NCBI GenBank assembly: GCA_965214835.1
Contig: CBDCCK010000002.1
Location: 1,504,001-1,568,000, forward strand
Source: Nitrosopumilaceae archaeon
Lineage (GTDB): Archaea; Thermoproteota; Nitrososphaeria; Nitrososphaerales; Nitrosopumilaceae
Length of the DNA: 64,000 bases
Direction of reading: 5' to 3'
Numbering within the stretch: position 1 is the stretch's first letter; every line of letters starts with the position of its first letter. Made by a program: the position numbers and the translations under genes. Below are positions 1-10,835 of the stretch, piece after piece. The notes below the pieces were generated by a model. That model worked only from the letters and a program-made list of their open reading frames with translations. It did not search any database and was not told where the DNA came from.

Positions 1-143
1 GGGACGGATTTGCAGGAGGGAAGGGGTTTACCATGATGCTGTTTGTCGCGTGCATTGTCGATGCGGCCGACTCGTTTGTAAACGATCGCGGAAAGTAGCG
101 GAGGTGCCGTGTCGGGTCTGCAAAAGTACATCTAGGAAGTACT

Positions 144-782
144 GAAATAGGCTGGATCACGCCTAAAAGGGCCAAAAACGACATAATAAGAGCAGGAAAA
201 AGAGACAGGTTCAAGCCCACAGGGCCAAACCAGCTGTGGGAGACTGACATCACGTACGTCTGGTGCGGTATAGACGGGTGGTGCTACTGCCTTAGCGTAA
301 TTGATACGTTCACCCGGAAGTGGATAACATACGTCTTTGACACGCAGGCCACCGCACAGGTCGCAGTCGAATCGCTGACAAAGGCAGTCTCCACGATTTC
401 GGCAGACGAGGCAAGAGGACTGCTGGTCAGAAGCGACAACGGCACACAGTATACGAGCCGCGAATTCAAGGAGAGCATGAAGATTCTGGGAGTCCGGTGC
501 GAGTACATCTGGCATAACACGCCAGAACAGAACGGACATGTCGAGTCCTTCCACAAGACCCTCAAAAAGGAGTACGTCTGGCCGCATGACTTTGCCAGGT
601 TCCAGGATGCCGAGGTCGTCCTGGCAGAGGCATTTGCAGACTAAGACAGGATCCACTCGGCACTGGTACACCTGACGCCGGACGAGTTTGTCCGGAAAAT
701 GCAGGAGGTGCCGCAAAAATGAGCGATCAGAGTGTGCATAAAATGGCGCCAAAATCGTTCCTACTTACAGGGGTCCACTCCA
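144..782 (+). mobile_element. IS3-family element remnant (integrase-core pseudogene plus right end)
   Basis: Frame 3 reads PTGPNQLWETDITY...SDNGTQY...PEQNGHVESFHKTLKKE, an rve DDE core, with an in-frame TAA near 642. It ends in an IS3-like terminus GGGGTCCACTCCA at 770-782. Confidence 0.85.
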
Positions 783-818
783 GCCGACACGCATCCGGCA
801 GGCGTGAGAAAGGCGGAA

Positions 819-1907
819 TCACGCCGACTCTCTGCCCTCGGTGCATGCTCTTATGTATCCTGCCAGCCTTTTGCCGGTCTGGCTGATTGACATGTTTTCC
901 ATGTAAGGCCGCCTTCCCTGCTCGGCTATCCTCCTTCTGAGATCTGCGTCGTTTTTCAGCAGCAGTATGCCTTTGGACAGATCTTCATGCGACGCACTGC
1001 GTACCAGCAGGCAGTTCTCTCCGTCCTCCAGTCCTGCCTCGGCCGTGACATCCGTCTTCATCGTAATCAGCGGTTTTGCCGATGCCAGGATCTGGTGGAC
1101 CTTGTTGGTCAGTACCGTACGGCTTTTCCTGCTTGTGCCAAACGTCCCGAGGCACACGTCGCTGCCGTCAATGCTGTCAAGCAGCCTCTGGGTGGAGACC
1201 ATGCCGAGAAACCTCACGTTGGCCATGTTGTTTCTTTTGGCATACTCCTCGATTTCCTGCCTGTCCTGCCCGTCGCCGCAAAAGACAAACGTCACCTCGC
1301 TTAGCTGCTTGGCAGACCTTATTATGGTTTTGACCCCGTGGAGCGGGATGAACTTGCCAAAGTACAGCACTACGAACTCGTCGCGCTGCTCCTTGAACGG
1401 CAGCGGTTCAAAGAGCGGCTCGTATGCTGAGAGCCACAGCTGTCCGAACTTCTCCCTGGGCAGGCCAAACTCCGACATGAAATACTCTATGGCAGCGGTG
1501 CTCTCCAGAATTACAAGATCGGACCACCTGCATGCGGTCTTGTCGATATAGCGGATGATTCTGGCCTTTATCGAGTCCTTGTCCATCTTTTTGCGATCGT
1601 TTGTCAGCGTATCGTAGATTGAAAATGCCGGAAAGTATATGATCGGCTTCCGGCAGACCAGCCTGGCAAGGGGGAACGTTATGATTCCCCTGTACGGGAT
1701 TATCATAATGTCGTAGGCCATCCTCCTGTGCCTCAGGAACAGCCTGAGGAACGACCCAATGACAGAGGCGTACGTGCGGCAGTCCTCCCTGCACTCGATG
1801 ACCTTGAATTCCTGGGATCTGCAGATCTCGCCTATCAGATCCCCCCCGGGGCCGGACGGGATCCCGTTTGTCGAGCTTTGGTAGGAGCCGAAGAGGCATA
1901 TCCTCAT
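819..1907 (-). CDS. Glycosyltransferase family 4 (GT-B)
   Basis: 362 aa; VLYFGKFIPLHGV, CGDGQDR, and C-terminal LLLKNDADLRRRIAEQGR are typical of GT4. Confidence 0.85.
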   Translation of the reverse strand: MRICLFGSYQSSTNGIPSGPGGDLIGEICRSQEFKVIECREDCRTYASVIGSFLRLFLRHRRMAYDIMIIPYRGIITFPLARLVCRKPIIYFPAFSIYDTLTNDRKKMDKDSIKARIIRYIDKTACRWSDLVILESTAAIEYFMSEFGLPREKFGQLWLSAYEPLFEPLPFKEQRDEFVVLYFGKFIPLHGVKTIIRSAKQLSEVTFVFCGDGQDRQEIEEYAKRNNMANVRFLGMVSTQRLLDSIDGSDVCLGTFGTSRKSRTVLTNKVHQILASAKPLITMKTDVTAEAGLEDGENCLLVRSASHEDLSKGILLLKNDADLRRRIAEQGRRPYMENMSISQTGKRLAGYIRACTEGRESA

Positions 1908-2386
1908 AATGTCAGATGCGGCATGGCGGTAATAATTTTTACGTCACGCATTTGCCGCAGTCCACAAGATAGCACGCCTCGTGATGTCCAAAAAAGCGGC
2001 GCCCTGCGGTCACACAGCCGCCCCGCCACGATACGAGGACGTGGCAGATCCCGGCGATCTGCACCACAAATCATGAAATGTGGATCCTCTCCAAATTGGG
2101 CTTGGTTATTTTGCCGTATAATTTACAGAAAATCAGCCAAATAGGCCCTGCCGGCAGATCCCGGCGATCTTTCGAATAATCTGGTTCTGAGAACAGCTCC
2201 ATCATGATTTTTTCAAAAACCCTCTTTTTTGATTTCTGCAGGCGACAAAATGCCAAAAACAGTCCCGGCCTTTGCCTCCTTGTGTAATGGAACTGCCTTT
2301 TAGAAATTTGCACAAGCAAACATGACAGCCCTAGGTTCGCCGGTGCCACAGAAAGCACCCCAAGGCTTGCAGATGGCAGGTGACCA

Positions 2387-2684
2387 ATGGTACTGCAACG
2401 CGCTAGGCTGACAGGGGACGCGATGCAGCATACGTCAGAGACTCCTGGGTGCAGTGGAGTCAGCTGCAATGTTCCATACGGGAGTGGCAATTCCAGATTC
2501 ATCGCGTCAAAAAACCCGCAGAAACACTACAGGGCAGGAAGGCTTGCAGTGAAGAGATTCTTTGGCCGGCCCAGGGGCGGGTTTCGCAGTGCAAGGATCA
2601 GGCATAGAAGGGCTGCGGCAACTGCCCCGGGTCTGCCTACCGGGCATGTGCCATGACGTATTGGAGAGTTTTGGGACAAGTTCT
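2387..2684 (+). pseudogene. Degenerate IS5-like transposase C-terminal remnant
   Basis: HYRAGRLAVKRFFGRPRGGFRSARIRHRR resembles the IS5 Y..R..VERFF..L..FRR...RY signature; highly eroded. Confidence 0.4.
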
Positions 2685-3668
2685 TTATTCTAGCCTGGGC
2701 TTGATTTTGGCGGTTCTTATATAGTACTCTAATGTGTTTCTGGCATTACGAAGCAGCGAATTTTTCAAAAGCGGTCCGAGCGTCCTGGCCACGGCTCTTG
2801 CCAGCATGTTTTTGTGCGTGTCATGTGTAAATGAATACAAGACATGGTACACATGCCTGCATACTCTGATCTGCACTGCCTTTCTCCGGGCGTTGTTTTT
2901 CAACGCATCGTAGTACCGTCTCTGATCGTCGCCGCTAAGATCGGACACGACCGACAGGATGATCCTGTCCCTGTCCGTCCTCCTCTTCTCTGCATCAAAC
3001 ATTGCTTGCCCATCGTGCCTCCTGTATCCGTATATGATCTTTGGAATGTGATGAAACCTGTACTTGTACACTATGATCAGCCTCGTGTTGAACTCTACGT
3101 CTTCAGATCGCCAAAATCTTTCGTCAAAACCGCCCGCCTCCTCAAGAATGGATTTGTGTATGAGGGTCACGCCACCGCTGCCGAAAAGCCCGTAAAAAAT
3201 GGACACGCCCTGCTCAAACGCAGTCATGGAATTGTCCATGTCATACGCAAGCGTCCTGCCTGTTGGCCTTCCGTCATGGCTTAGTATCTGCAAGTCAAAA
3301 AATGGTATTATCTTGGTAGATGATGAGGAATTGAGCATTTGGCCTGCACGTACCATCTGCCCTATCGCGTCTGGATACATGATGTCATCAGAGTCCAAGA
3401 TGGTAAGCCACTCTCCTGTCATGTTATCGATTCCCCTGTTCCGGGCCGCCGCGATACCGCCATGCTTGGTGTCTATTATTTTGATCCTGCCTGAGTATTG
3501 CTTCAGTATTTCAAGCGAGCCATCCGTGGATCCGTCATTTACGGCTATGATCTCGGTGTTCTTATACGTCTGATTCAATGCAGACTCTATGCACTCTGTC
3601 AGATATTTTTCACTGTTATGTACGGGGATCACTATGGAGACTTTGCCATTCTTGTTGCTGGTCTGCAT
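2685..3668 (-). CDS. Glycosyltransferase family 2
   Basis: VSIVIPVHNSEKYLTECIES, VNDGSTDGS, LDSDD, GGFDE..SED. Likely start is MQTS at 3668; the ORF track extends it to 3866. Confidence 0.9.
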   Translation of the reverse strand: MQTSNKNGKVSIVIPVHNSEKYLTECIESALNQTYKNTEIIAVNDGSTDGSLEILKQYSGRIKIIDTKHGGIAAARNRGIDNMTGEWLTILDSDDIMYPDAIGQMVRAGQMLNSSSSTKIIPFFDLQILSHDGRPTGRTLAYDMDNSMTAFEQGVSIFYGLFGSGGVTLIHKSILEEAGGFDERFWRSEDVEFNTRLIIVYKYRFHHIPKIIYGYRRHDGQAMFDAEKRRTDRDRIILSVVSDLSGDDQRRYYDALKNNARRKAVQIRVCRHVYHVLYSFTHDTHKNMLARAVARTLGPLLKNSLLRNARNTLEYYIRTAKIKPRLE

Positions 3669-4968
3669 CGTTGGATCGTTATTTTTATCAATATTTAATA
3701 CATTGATTGAAAAGTCGCATGTGCAGACAGCCCACATCAGAAGTGGCGTTCGTTCTCCAAAGCCAGTCAGCCATGCCCATCCATGCATGATCCATTCGGA
3801 ACTGCCTTCTCCCCCCTGGCCGCACACGTTTCGTACCGTCTGTCGACCTACTTTGGATATCTTCACATGCGGTCAATAACCAGCTAAGTGAAAAGTACCC
3901 CAGTCAGGCAGAAAATCAAAGAATTTAGACCATCTTGACAACACTGGCAAATGCAAACAGATCAATTACGGTGCGGCCCCGTGGTTTTTGTTGACGCAAA
4001 AATCCAGACAGTGCCGCGATCTTGAGAACAACCCGCGCATATATGAACATGTTGCAGATGGGTTCTGTGTAATCTTCGAGACCTGAAACATGGATATTCT
4101 CCGACCCTAGTCACCATTACCCATTATTTCCATTGGACTGTTCCGGTTTTTGGTTCTGTGTAAAATTGGGGATATGGAACTTCACCGGATTCGGATTTTC
4201 CTTGGTTTGGTGGCCAGATCTCTAAGCCAGAGATGTTTGGAAATATGCATAATCTTGGACGCCTGAAAGGGGGGGATTATTTTACGCCTAGAAAGTTGAG
4301 GACCTGATGTTGTACACCACATGCAATTGCAGCCATGCCGGATCTAACTGCCTGCCGTTAGGAGGCAGGCGGATTTAATATTTTTTCTGCCTGTAATTCC
4401 TGCACTGCCGCATCTACGTTGTTTTGGCTAAAGTCGGCATTAGGTTTTAATTCAGTTATTATATCGAAAATTCTGTTCGAACATTTTCCATCCTCGTAGG
4501 ATGCTATATAATGCACAGATGCCAGCAATTCCATCTCTCTTGGGGTTTTGCCATCCAATAATCTGTGGACAAACTCGATTCTTGAATCAAGTTCCGGCAC
4601 TGTTCCAATCGATGCAAGGTGCTTCTTCCCGTCCTCTGTCAGCACCATATTGAATTGGGTTCTTCCCGGGGTGGACAATGACCTTGGTTCTATGCGGATT
4701 TGGCCATCTATGACCATGCCCTCTGACATGTACTTTACCTCCTCCGAGTACGGTCCGTAGCTGTTCCACTGGTACAGAAAAACCTTGCGCCCCAGATTCA
4801 CAAAGTAGAGTATTTTTTGCAGTGCCTTTTTGCCCTGGATTTGGCCGAACCTATCGAGGGCCTTTAGCACCACATATGACTTTGGGAGATCGCTGCCAGT
4901 TGCCTTGTTGTCCAACGTATCATACGTGGTAGAGCCTCCCGTATTTATCCTTTGTAATGCAGTACTAG

Positions 4969-6618
4969 GTACGAGTTTACCCCTCAGGCGACGCTGCCAG
5001 TCAGGGTCTTGACGAGCATTTCCCTCACGCCGCACCCCCGGGCGCGCCAATTCATCGCGCACGTCATCAATACGGTGAACATCTCCATGCCTTCCATGGT
5101 ACGGAGTCCTTGGAATACCTTGCGCGCAATTACGGACGGCCTCAGCATGCGCTCGGCCAGGTTGTTGGTGGGCTCCATGCCTGGATGCAATGTGAACGTG
5201 TAGAGAAATTCCGAGGCGTTCCCAAGCTTTGTGGCAAAGCTCTCGCATCCGGCCTCCCTGCCGAATGCCTCGGCCAGCCCGCGCGTTTCTGCCACCAGCA
5301 TGTCGTGCCGGGCGGCGCCCTCCTCCTCCGGCGGCCCCAGCCCCTTGGCATGGATGAACTTTTTCTTGAGTGTACCATACAGCGCGTGGGCCTTCCGGGA
5401 GGTCTTGCCGGCCTCCCTGGCCTCCCGGAGTATGTGTGCCCAGCACCACTGCCTGGTCTTGAATGCGGCGTATACGCCGTACCCGTCGACTGTGACCGGT
5501 TTGTCATAATACGGAAAGTTCATGTCAACTACGGCCCTGCCCCTACTGGGTGCGGCCAGCGTGTGGACGCCGGCGACGGTGCCGTCCCTGTTCCTGCCCA
5601 CGACCACCCATATGCGGGCCGTCCTGCCGTTGTATGGCATGGCAGTCTCGTCAATATGCAGATAATCAGAATCCCTGATGGCCTGCCTGATGCTCTCTAC
5701 GCCGGGCTTTATCGCATTGGCGCCGGCCCTCAGGCACTGCAGCACGCCTGCCTCTGACACTTCTATGCCTAGGATTTCTGAGCACAGTGTGGCCGTGGCC
5801 TGTATGGAGGCAGGTGCCACGCGTATTGCGGCCATCATCCCCGTGATGTTTGGTCCAAACTCGGTTCCCGGCACGTTCCATGACCTGTCGTCTTCGATGC
5901 ACATGTTGCCACAGTCGGCGCATTTGCGCCTGTATGCGGTGTGCTGTGTCGTGACCGGCTCGGGCCTCTTGGGGGTATCGGTCACAAGCTTGGAGAAGAT
6001 CTTTTTCGGCTTCTTCATGTTGGTGCTGCCGCACTTGCCGCACTTTTTGGGGCAGTGCTTTACAAACAAGGTCGGTTTTCTGGCGTGTGAGACCCCCTCG
6101 TGTCCCTGTCTGCGGCCCGGCTTTGCCTTTGCAGGTGCCGGTACATTACCTGATGCCTTTGCCGCGGCGGCCTTTTTCTGCCGGGTAGGAATAGAGTTCT
6201 GCGATGAGGGGGTGTGAGGGTTTTCGTAATATCTGATGTGCTGTCTGAGCTGCTGGTTTTCTGCTTCCAGTGCCGCGGTTTGCGCGTCAGGTGCCGTCCC
6301 TCCCCGGGGTTCGCCCTCTGGCCACCCTGGGGCGGGCCCCTTTTGCTTGAACCAGTTGATCTGTGCTGTCTGCATCAGGATTGTCACCGAGGCCTCGGCC
6401 AGCTGTTCGGCAAGCCCGACTATTGCCCGATCCCTGTCTGCGATGATTCCATCCTTCTTGTCTGATTCGGCTATGACGCGGGCCAGCTCGTCGCGCAGTA
6501 TCTTGATCTCTGAATCAGGCAATGAATACAGGTGTGGTCTTGACGTATATGGATCCAGATGGTGATCAAAAGTTGGCCTCGTACTCAACCTAAACTATAG
6601 GGAGGGGTAAACTCATAC
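4969..6618 (-). mobile_element. IS66-family element, single-ORF type
   Basis: Terminal IRs GTACGAGTTTACCCCT / AGGGGTAAACTCATAC; direct repeat CAGTACTAG at 4960-4968 and 6619-6627. Confidence 0.92.
4984..6588 (-). CDS. IS66 transposase
   Basis: Coiled coil, ENPHTPSS, CxxC zinc finger, HIDET, VDGY, CWAHILR, EPTNNLAERMLR. Confidence 0.92.
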   Translation of the reverse strand: MSTRPTFDHHLDPYTSRPHLYSLPDSEIKILRDELARVIAESDKKDGIIADRDRAIVGLAEQLAEASVTILMQTAQINWFKQKGPAPGWPEGEPRGGTAPDAQTAALEAENQQLRQHIRYYENPHTPSSQNSIPTRQKKAAAAKASGNVPAPAKAKPGRRQGHEGVSHARKPTLFVKHCPKKCGKCGSTNMKKPKKIFSKLVTDTPKRPEPVTTQHTAYRRKCADCGNMCIEDDRSWNVPGTEFGPNITGMMAAIRVAPASIQATATLCSEILGIEVSEAGVLQCLRAGANAIKPGVESIRQAIRDSDYLHIDETAMPYNGRTARIWVVVGRNRDGTVAGVHTLAAPSRGRAVVDMNFPYYDKPVTVDGYGVYAAFKTRQWCWAHILREAREAGKTSRKAHALYGTLKKKFIHAKGLGPPEEEGAARHDMLVAETRGLAEAFGREAGCESFATKLGNASEFLYTFTLHPGMEPTNNLAERMLRPSVIARKVFQGLRTMEGMEMFTVLMTCAMNWRARGCGVREMLVKTLTGSVA

Positions 6619-6639
6619 CAGTACTAGACCAATCTGTCA

Positions 6640-7956
6640 TCAATAATACTCAAAGTTTTTCCTTAAATAATCTTCAAGGTCACGTTTCCTTTTGGCGGCG
6701 GTAAAGATCCTGTGGACGCTAAAATGCCGGGCGATGGCACGTACAATCCTGGATTTTTTTTCTATTGGCTCTGTCAGGTTGGTTTTGGGATCGTAGATGA
6801 GGATGGTGTCCACGTATTTGTCAGCCTGATCGGCCAATATGTTCGAGTAGGGCTGTAGCTTGTATGGCAGACTGGTAGATCGATCAAAGATGACCTCATC
6901 GGCGTCAATGCCAATGTCGCTCAGATTTGCCTTCACGCTTGATTCTACTGCATTATGGTATCCAATGGGTTCTTCTTCCTTTTCTGGCGAGTCTGCATTC
7001 ATCTTTCTCCTGATTGTTTCAGAGTTGCTCACTTCCTTGTACGGGATTCTTCTTTCTATGTCACGAACTATGTCTTTGAGCACCTGCTTGTCGGTTGTCT
7101 TGATCTTGCTAAGAAACCACGCATCATCACATGCTGCAAATTTTTCAAAAGCTGACGGATCATCAAACTCTTTGATGGTCGGATAGCCGAGCTTGTTCTC
7201 CCTTACAAGATCTTCTGTAACCTTTGTTGCCATCCCTTCAAAGGCCCGTTTGGTTTTGTGCAGATAGACTTGGCCGAACATGTGATATCTCGCAGATATA
7301 AGCTGCTCTGCAGCAAAAAACCCGCCATCAAGTACCACCATCTGGCCGTCTTTGACCAGCAGGGAATCCAACAACCTGTCAAGATCAAACAGCCCGTATT
7401 TTACGCCGGCATAGTGAGAGTCCCTAAGGAGGTAGTCAAACTTGTCCACGTCAAGCTGCCCGGAGATGAGGCTTGTCAGAAACGGTTTCTCGGGATCGGG
7501 CTTTCCCTGGATCAGGTTGGCCACCTGCTGTGGGTCTGTTTTGGATGCGCGTATGGCATCAGAAAATCTTTTCATGACAAATGCCTCCGAATAGTCCTCG
7601 TGTGATTCCGGAAAACTCCTGTCCAGTGCGTGAGAGAACGGCCTGTGGCCCACATCATGGAGCAAGGCGGCAAATCGGACAAGACGAATGTCATCCTCCT
7701 TGACGGATAGCGGTATGTTCAGCTTGGCTGCATTGTGCTGGATCCTTCGGAGTGCCCTGTCGACAGTATGCATTGCTCCCAACACGTGGCCGAATCTCGA
7801 ATGCTCCGCCCCGTGATACACAAAATAAGAGAAGCTTAGCTGCTTTATCCTTCTAAGCCTTTGGAATACTGGATCCTGTATTATCCGTAGCTCCTCGTCA
7901 TATACTGGAATAAACCCGTGTACGGGATCACGGAATTCTTTACGAGGTGTTGTCAT
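6640..7956 (-). CDS. HD-domain phosphohydrolase, YwfO/SAMHD1-like dNTP triphosphohydrolase family
   Basis: RDPVHGFI, FQRLRRIKQL, HSRFGHVLG, ALLHDVGH, LDVDKFDYLLRDS. Confidence 0.9.
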   Translation of the reverse strand: MTTPRKEFRDPVHGFIPVYDEELRIIQDPVFQRLRRIKQLSFSYFVYHGAEHSRFGHVLGAMHTVDRALRRIQHNAAKLNIPLSVKEDDIRLVRFAALLHDVGHRPFSHALDRSFPESHEDYSEAFVMKRFSDAIRASKTDPQQVANLIQGKPDPEKPFLTSLISGQLDVDKFDYLLRDSHYAGVKYGLFDLDRLLDSLLVKDGQMVVLDGGFFAAEQLISARYHMFGQVYLHKTKRAFEGMATKVTEDLVRENKLGYPTIKEFDDPSAFEKFAACDDAWFLSKIKTTDKQVLKDIVRDIERRIPYKEVSNSETIRRKMNADSPEKEEEPIGYHNAVESSVKANLSDIGIDADEVIFDRSTSLPYKLQPYSNILADQADKYVDTILIYDPKTNLTEPIEKKSRIVRAIARHFSVHRIFTAAKRKRDLEDYLRKNFEYY

Positions 7957-8217
7957 TGCTTACGTGTTGGATTAATCTTGTGGGTATAATTACTGATCAC
8001 TGCGCATCTCATCCATATGTGAGATCAATTGATCCAACATATAACATGAATTATGCTTTGGATGCATCATGATCCATTCGGTTATAAAATAATAAAAAAT
8101 AGTGGCAGGGATATTGTAGGCGTTCCGATCGCCTTCTGCCGTCGTTGTGCTAGGCAGACCCGGACCCGCTGCGGGTTCTACAACCACTAGACCCGCCTTC
8201 CACTATGGGTTTGAGTT

Positions 8218-8468
8218 CCCCTCTAGCACGACCTTGCCGTTTGGCAGCGCGCCTGCGAATCTGTAGCCGCGCACAATCAGTACTTCGGCCTGCACGCTGT
8301 CTGCAACGACTTGGTCTGGCCCGTCTTGCCGGTGCATGTTAGCGCCTCTAGCATACGGCCAAGCTGTTCAGGCGTCGCCTCCTCTAGCGCATGCTGTGCT
8401 GCTGCTTTTGCTCGAGTATCGGATCTGCGTTGACCTGATCCAGGTGCTCCTCGGATCTGAGAAATGCC
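8218..8468 (-). pseudogene. Probable thaumarchaeal integrase C-terminal remnant and adjacent small ORF
   Basis: Broken frames read EAFLRSEEHLD...ATPEQLGRMLE and LIVRGYRFAGALPNGKVVLER; a related LPNGKVVLER fragment is at 15687-15775. Family call is from recollection only. Confidence 0.4.
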
Positions 8469-8475
8469 TCAGTAA

Positions 8476-8656
8476 CCATATGTGTCTCAAAAACGAAATT
8501 CAGATGGTGTCAAGATAAACGGCAGTGCAAACAGACAGATTACCGCAAAAAAGAGGGCACGTGTGAAATCAAAAGCAGTGCAGCAGCAGTATGTCGGCCT
8601 TGACGTGCACAAGGAGTCCATCCAGGTTGCGGTGATGGACAAGGACGGCAAGGTGC
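8476..8656 (+). mobile_element. Left-end fragment of the same IS110-family element as 43568-44986
   Basis: Near-identical to the reverse complement of about 44810-44986 (CCATATGTG...YVGLDVHKESIQ...KDGKV). Confidence 0.88.
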
Positions 8657-8946
8657 CACTGTTTGTCGACAACGCGTCGTATCACAGGGCCGCACTGGTC
8701 AGGGAGCAGCTGGCAGAATGGAATGGCGACGTGGTGCTAAAGTTCCTGCCGCCGTACACGCCGGAGCTGAACAAGATAGAGGGGCAGTGGCGCGGGTTCA
8801 AAAAGGCGACTGCAAACCGCCTGTATCAGACCGTCGACGAGATGCAAAAGTCCATACGCGTCATGTTGCGCAGGGGCGAGATCAAGATCTGCGAAATGAG
8901 CGATTATCTCAGCTAGATACTACAGCATGTCGTGAAACTACTGCTG
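8657..8946 (+). mobile_element. IS630 transposase C-terminal fragment
   Basis: LFVDNASYH...FLPPYTPELNKIEGQW; followed by a possible end motif AACTACTGCTG. Confidence 0.85.
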
Positions 8947-9048
8947 TTAAACCCGATCATCATCAAAAACGGTAAAAGAATCCAAGACCCCGTCCCATCA
9001 GCCTGGATTGGAATATGATCCCTCAAAACCAAAACAGACTGTTTGTGA

Positions 9049-10371
9049 TTATCTTCCCAGGCCGATCGCTTTAAAGTCAATACCTGAAAACTTTTCTGGC
9101 TCAAAGATCCTTCGCGCATCTATGACCCTTGGCCTTTTCATGATCTTCCTCAATTTGTTCTCGCCCAGTCTCCTGTACGTGTCCCATTCAGTCAAGATTA
9201 GACAGCAGTCTGAATTCTTTAAACACGACGCAACGGATTTTGAATACTCGATCTTTCCATCAAAAATTTTTTCAAAATTCGCCATTGCCATGGGATCGTG
9301 AACCTTGATTTTTATTCCCCGTCTTAACAGCAACTTGGCAATCTTTACTGAAATGGCCTCTCTGATGTCATCTGTGTCTTTTTTAAACGCAAGCCCCAAG
9401 ATTGAGACGGTTCTTCCCTTTTTGTAAACCCCCATCTCTTTCATTAGTTGAACAATCTTTTTTGGCTGTAGATCATTTACGTTTTTTACTGCCTCAAAAA
9501 ACCTGTCTGAATCAGACTGCTTTTTTGAATAGTGGATCAGCCCCTTCAAATCTTTGGGCAGACAGCTGCCGCCGAATCCAGGACCTGCTTTTAAAAACAG
9601 CGGTCCTGTGCGTGGATCCTTGCTAATCGCATACGTTATGGCATTCACATCCGAATTTGGAATATTTTGGCACACGTTTGCAATCGAGTTGATAAAGCTG
9701 ATCTTTGTTGCAAGAAACGCATTGTTTGCATATTTGATCAGTTCGGCATTCGAATAGTCCGTATGAATGACCTCGGGCATCTTTGAATAAAATTTTCTGT
9801 AATATCTTTCAAGCATCATGCCATGGGATCTCTCGTCTTCTCCTATTAAGATTAGATGGGGCTTTGACAAGTCCTTTATGGCAAATCCCTCCTTCAAAAA
9901 TTCCGGATTTACCACCAGAACTAGCCTGTCTTTCTCAATCAGCGTTTTGACTATGGGCCGAATGACATTCTTTGTGGTCAGCGGCGCCAGCGTGCTTTTG
10001 ACAACCAGCATGTGTCTTCTTTTTTTGTCTTTCAAGGCCGAGTTTATCTGGGAAACTGCCTTCTTTACAAACGAGAGGTCTATCTCTCCGGACACTTTTG
10101 ACGGGGTTCCTACTGTAAGAAACGTGATATCCGTCTCCCTTATCGATGAGATGTCCGTTGTAAATCTTATCTTTTCATTTTTTATGGATTTTTTTAGAAT
10201 ATCTTCCAATTGTGGCTCATAAAAGTCTGGAATCCCCTTTTTCAACCCGTTTATCTTTTCATCGTTACTGTCTATTCCCACCGTGTAAAACCCTTTTTTG
10301 GAATTGACCGCTGCCAGGGATAGGCCAACAAACCCCAAACCCACTACGGAAATCTTGTCCATGCCTGCCAT
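9049..10371 (-). CDS. ugd: UDP-glucose 6-dehydrogenase family protein
   Basis: VVGLGFVG, VGTP, VKST, NPEFLKEG, GFGGSCLPKD, GLAFKKDTDDIRE. Confidence 0.9.
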   Translation of the reverse strand: MAGMDKISVVGLGFVGLSLAAVNSKKGFYTVGIDSNDEKINGLKKGIPDFYEPQLEDILKKSIKNEKIRFTTDISSIRETDITFLTVGTPSKVSGEIDLSFVKKAVSQINSALKDKKRRHMLVVKSTLAPLTTKNVIRPIVKTLIEKDRLVLVVNPEFLKEGFAIKDLSKPHLILIGEDERSHGMMLERYYRKFYSKMPEVIHTDYSNAELIKYANNAFLATKISFINSIANVCQNIPNSDVNAITYAISKDPRTGPLFLKAGPGFGGSCLPKDLKGLIHYSKKQSDSDRFFEAVKNVNDLQPKKIVQLMKEMGVYKKGRTVSILGLAFKKDTDDIREAISVKIAKLLLRRGIKIKVHDPMAMANFEKIFDGKIEYSKSVASCLKNSDCCLILTEWDTYRRLGENKLRKIMKRPRVIDARRIFEPEKFSGIDFKAIGLGR

Positions 10372-10835
10372 GTTGTATTTGAACCATGATCTTGCACAAT
10401 AAATAAATATCACCTACGAAAAATTTACCCGTTTTTTGATCCTGTTGATTTTTCAGACATTTGTGCAATCCTTGCAACATCTGCTGCTTTTTGACCGTTC
10501 CCTTGCTGGAGCTGTTTTTTCATAACGCATCTGAAAAATCGTAACAGGTAGGGCCCTGGAAGTTCAGGCACGGGTTTTGCCGTCCTGGAGGTCTCCCAGG
10601 ATCCGAACTGCTGCGTCTGGCGTGTGTATCGTCTGCACCAAAATCCGGCAGGATTGCAGGCAGATCAGCGGGGATCCGACTCTTGCTGGATCCAAACCCG
10701 CCCGGTATTGGGCTTGTCGCACGTATCCCTTGACTGCTGAAAAGGGATGGAGTGTATGGGAACAGCCTTCCGCCTTTTGGACAAAGCGCCCCACCTCCCA
10801 ACTGCTTGCATGACGGGCCCGCCTTGGCGGCCTGA

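Larger units (their letters stand above)
4358..6640 (-). pseudogene. YwgA-like protein (about 207 aa) split after codon 7 by IS66
   Basis: ATG at 6640 overlaps the HD gene TGA. Removing the IS and one target duplication gives MTDWSSTALQRINT...GKKALQKILYF...WNSYGPYSEEV...ELLASVHY. Confidence 0.75.

Noticed and set aside
132-752. 206 aa minus-strand ORF
   Set aside because: It is antisense to the IS3 transposase remnant.
4358-5449. 363 aa ORF as a genuine single gene
   Set aside because: Its first half is an alternative frame of the IS66 transposase; the native start of the second half is at 6640.
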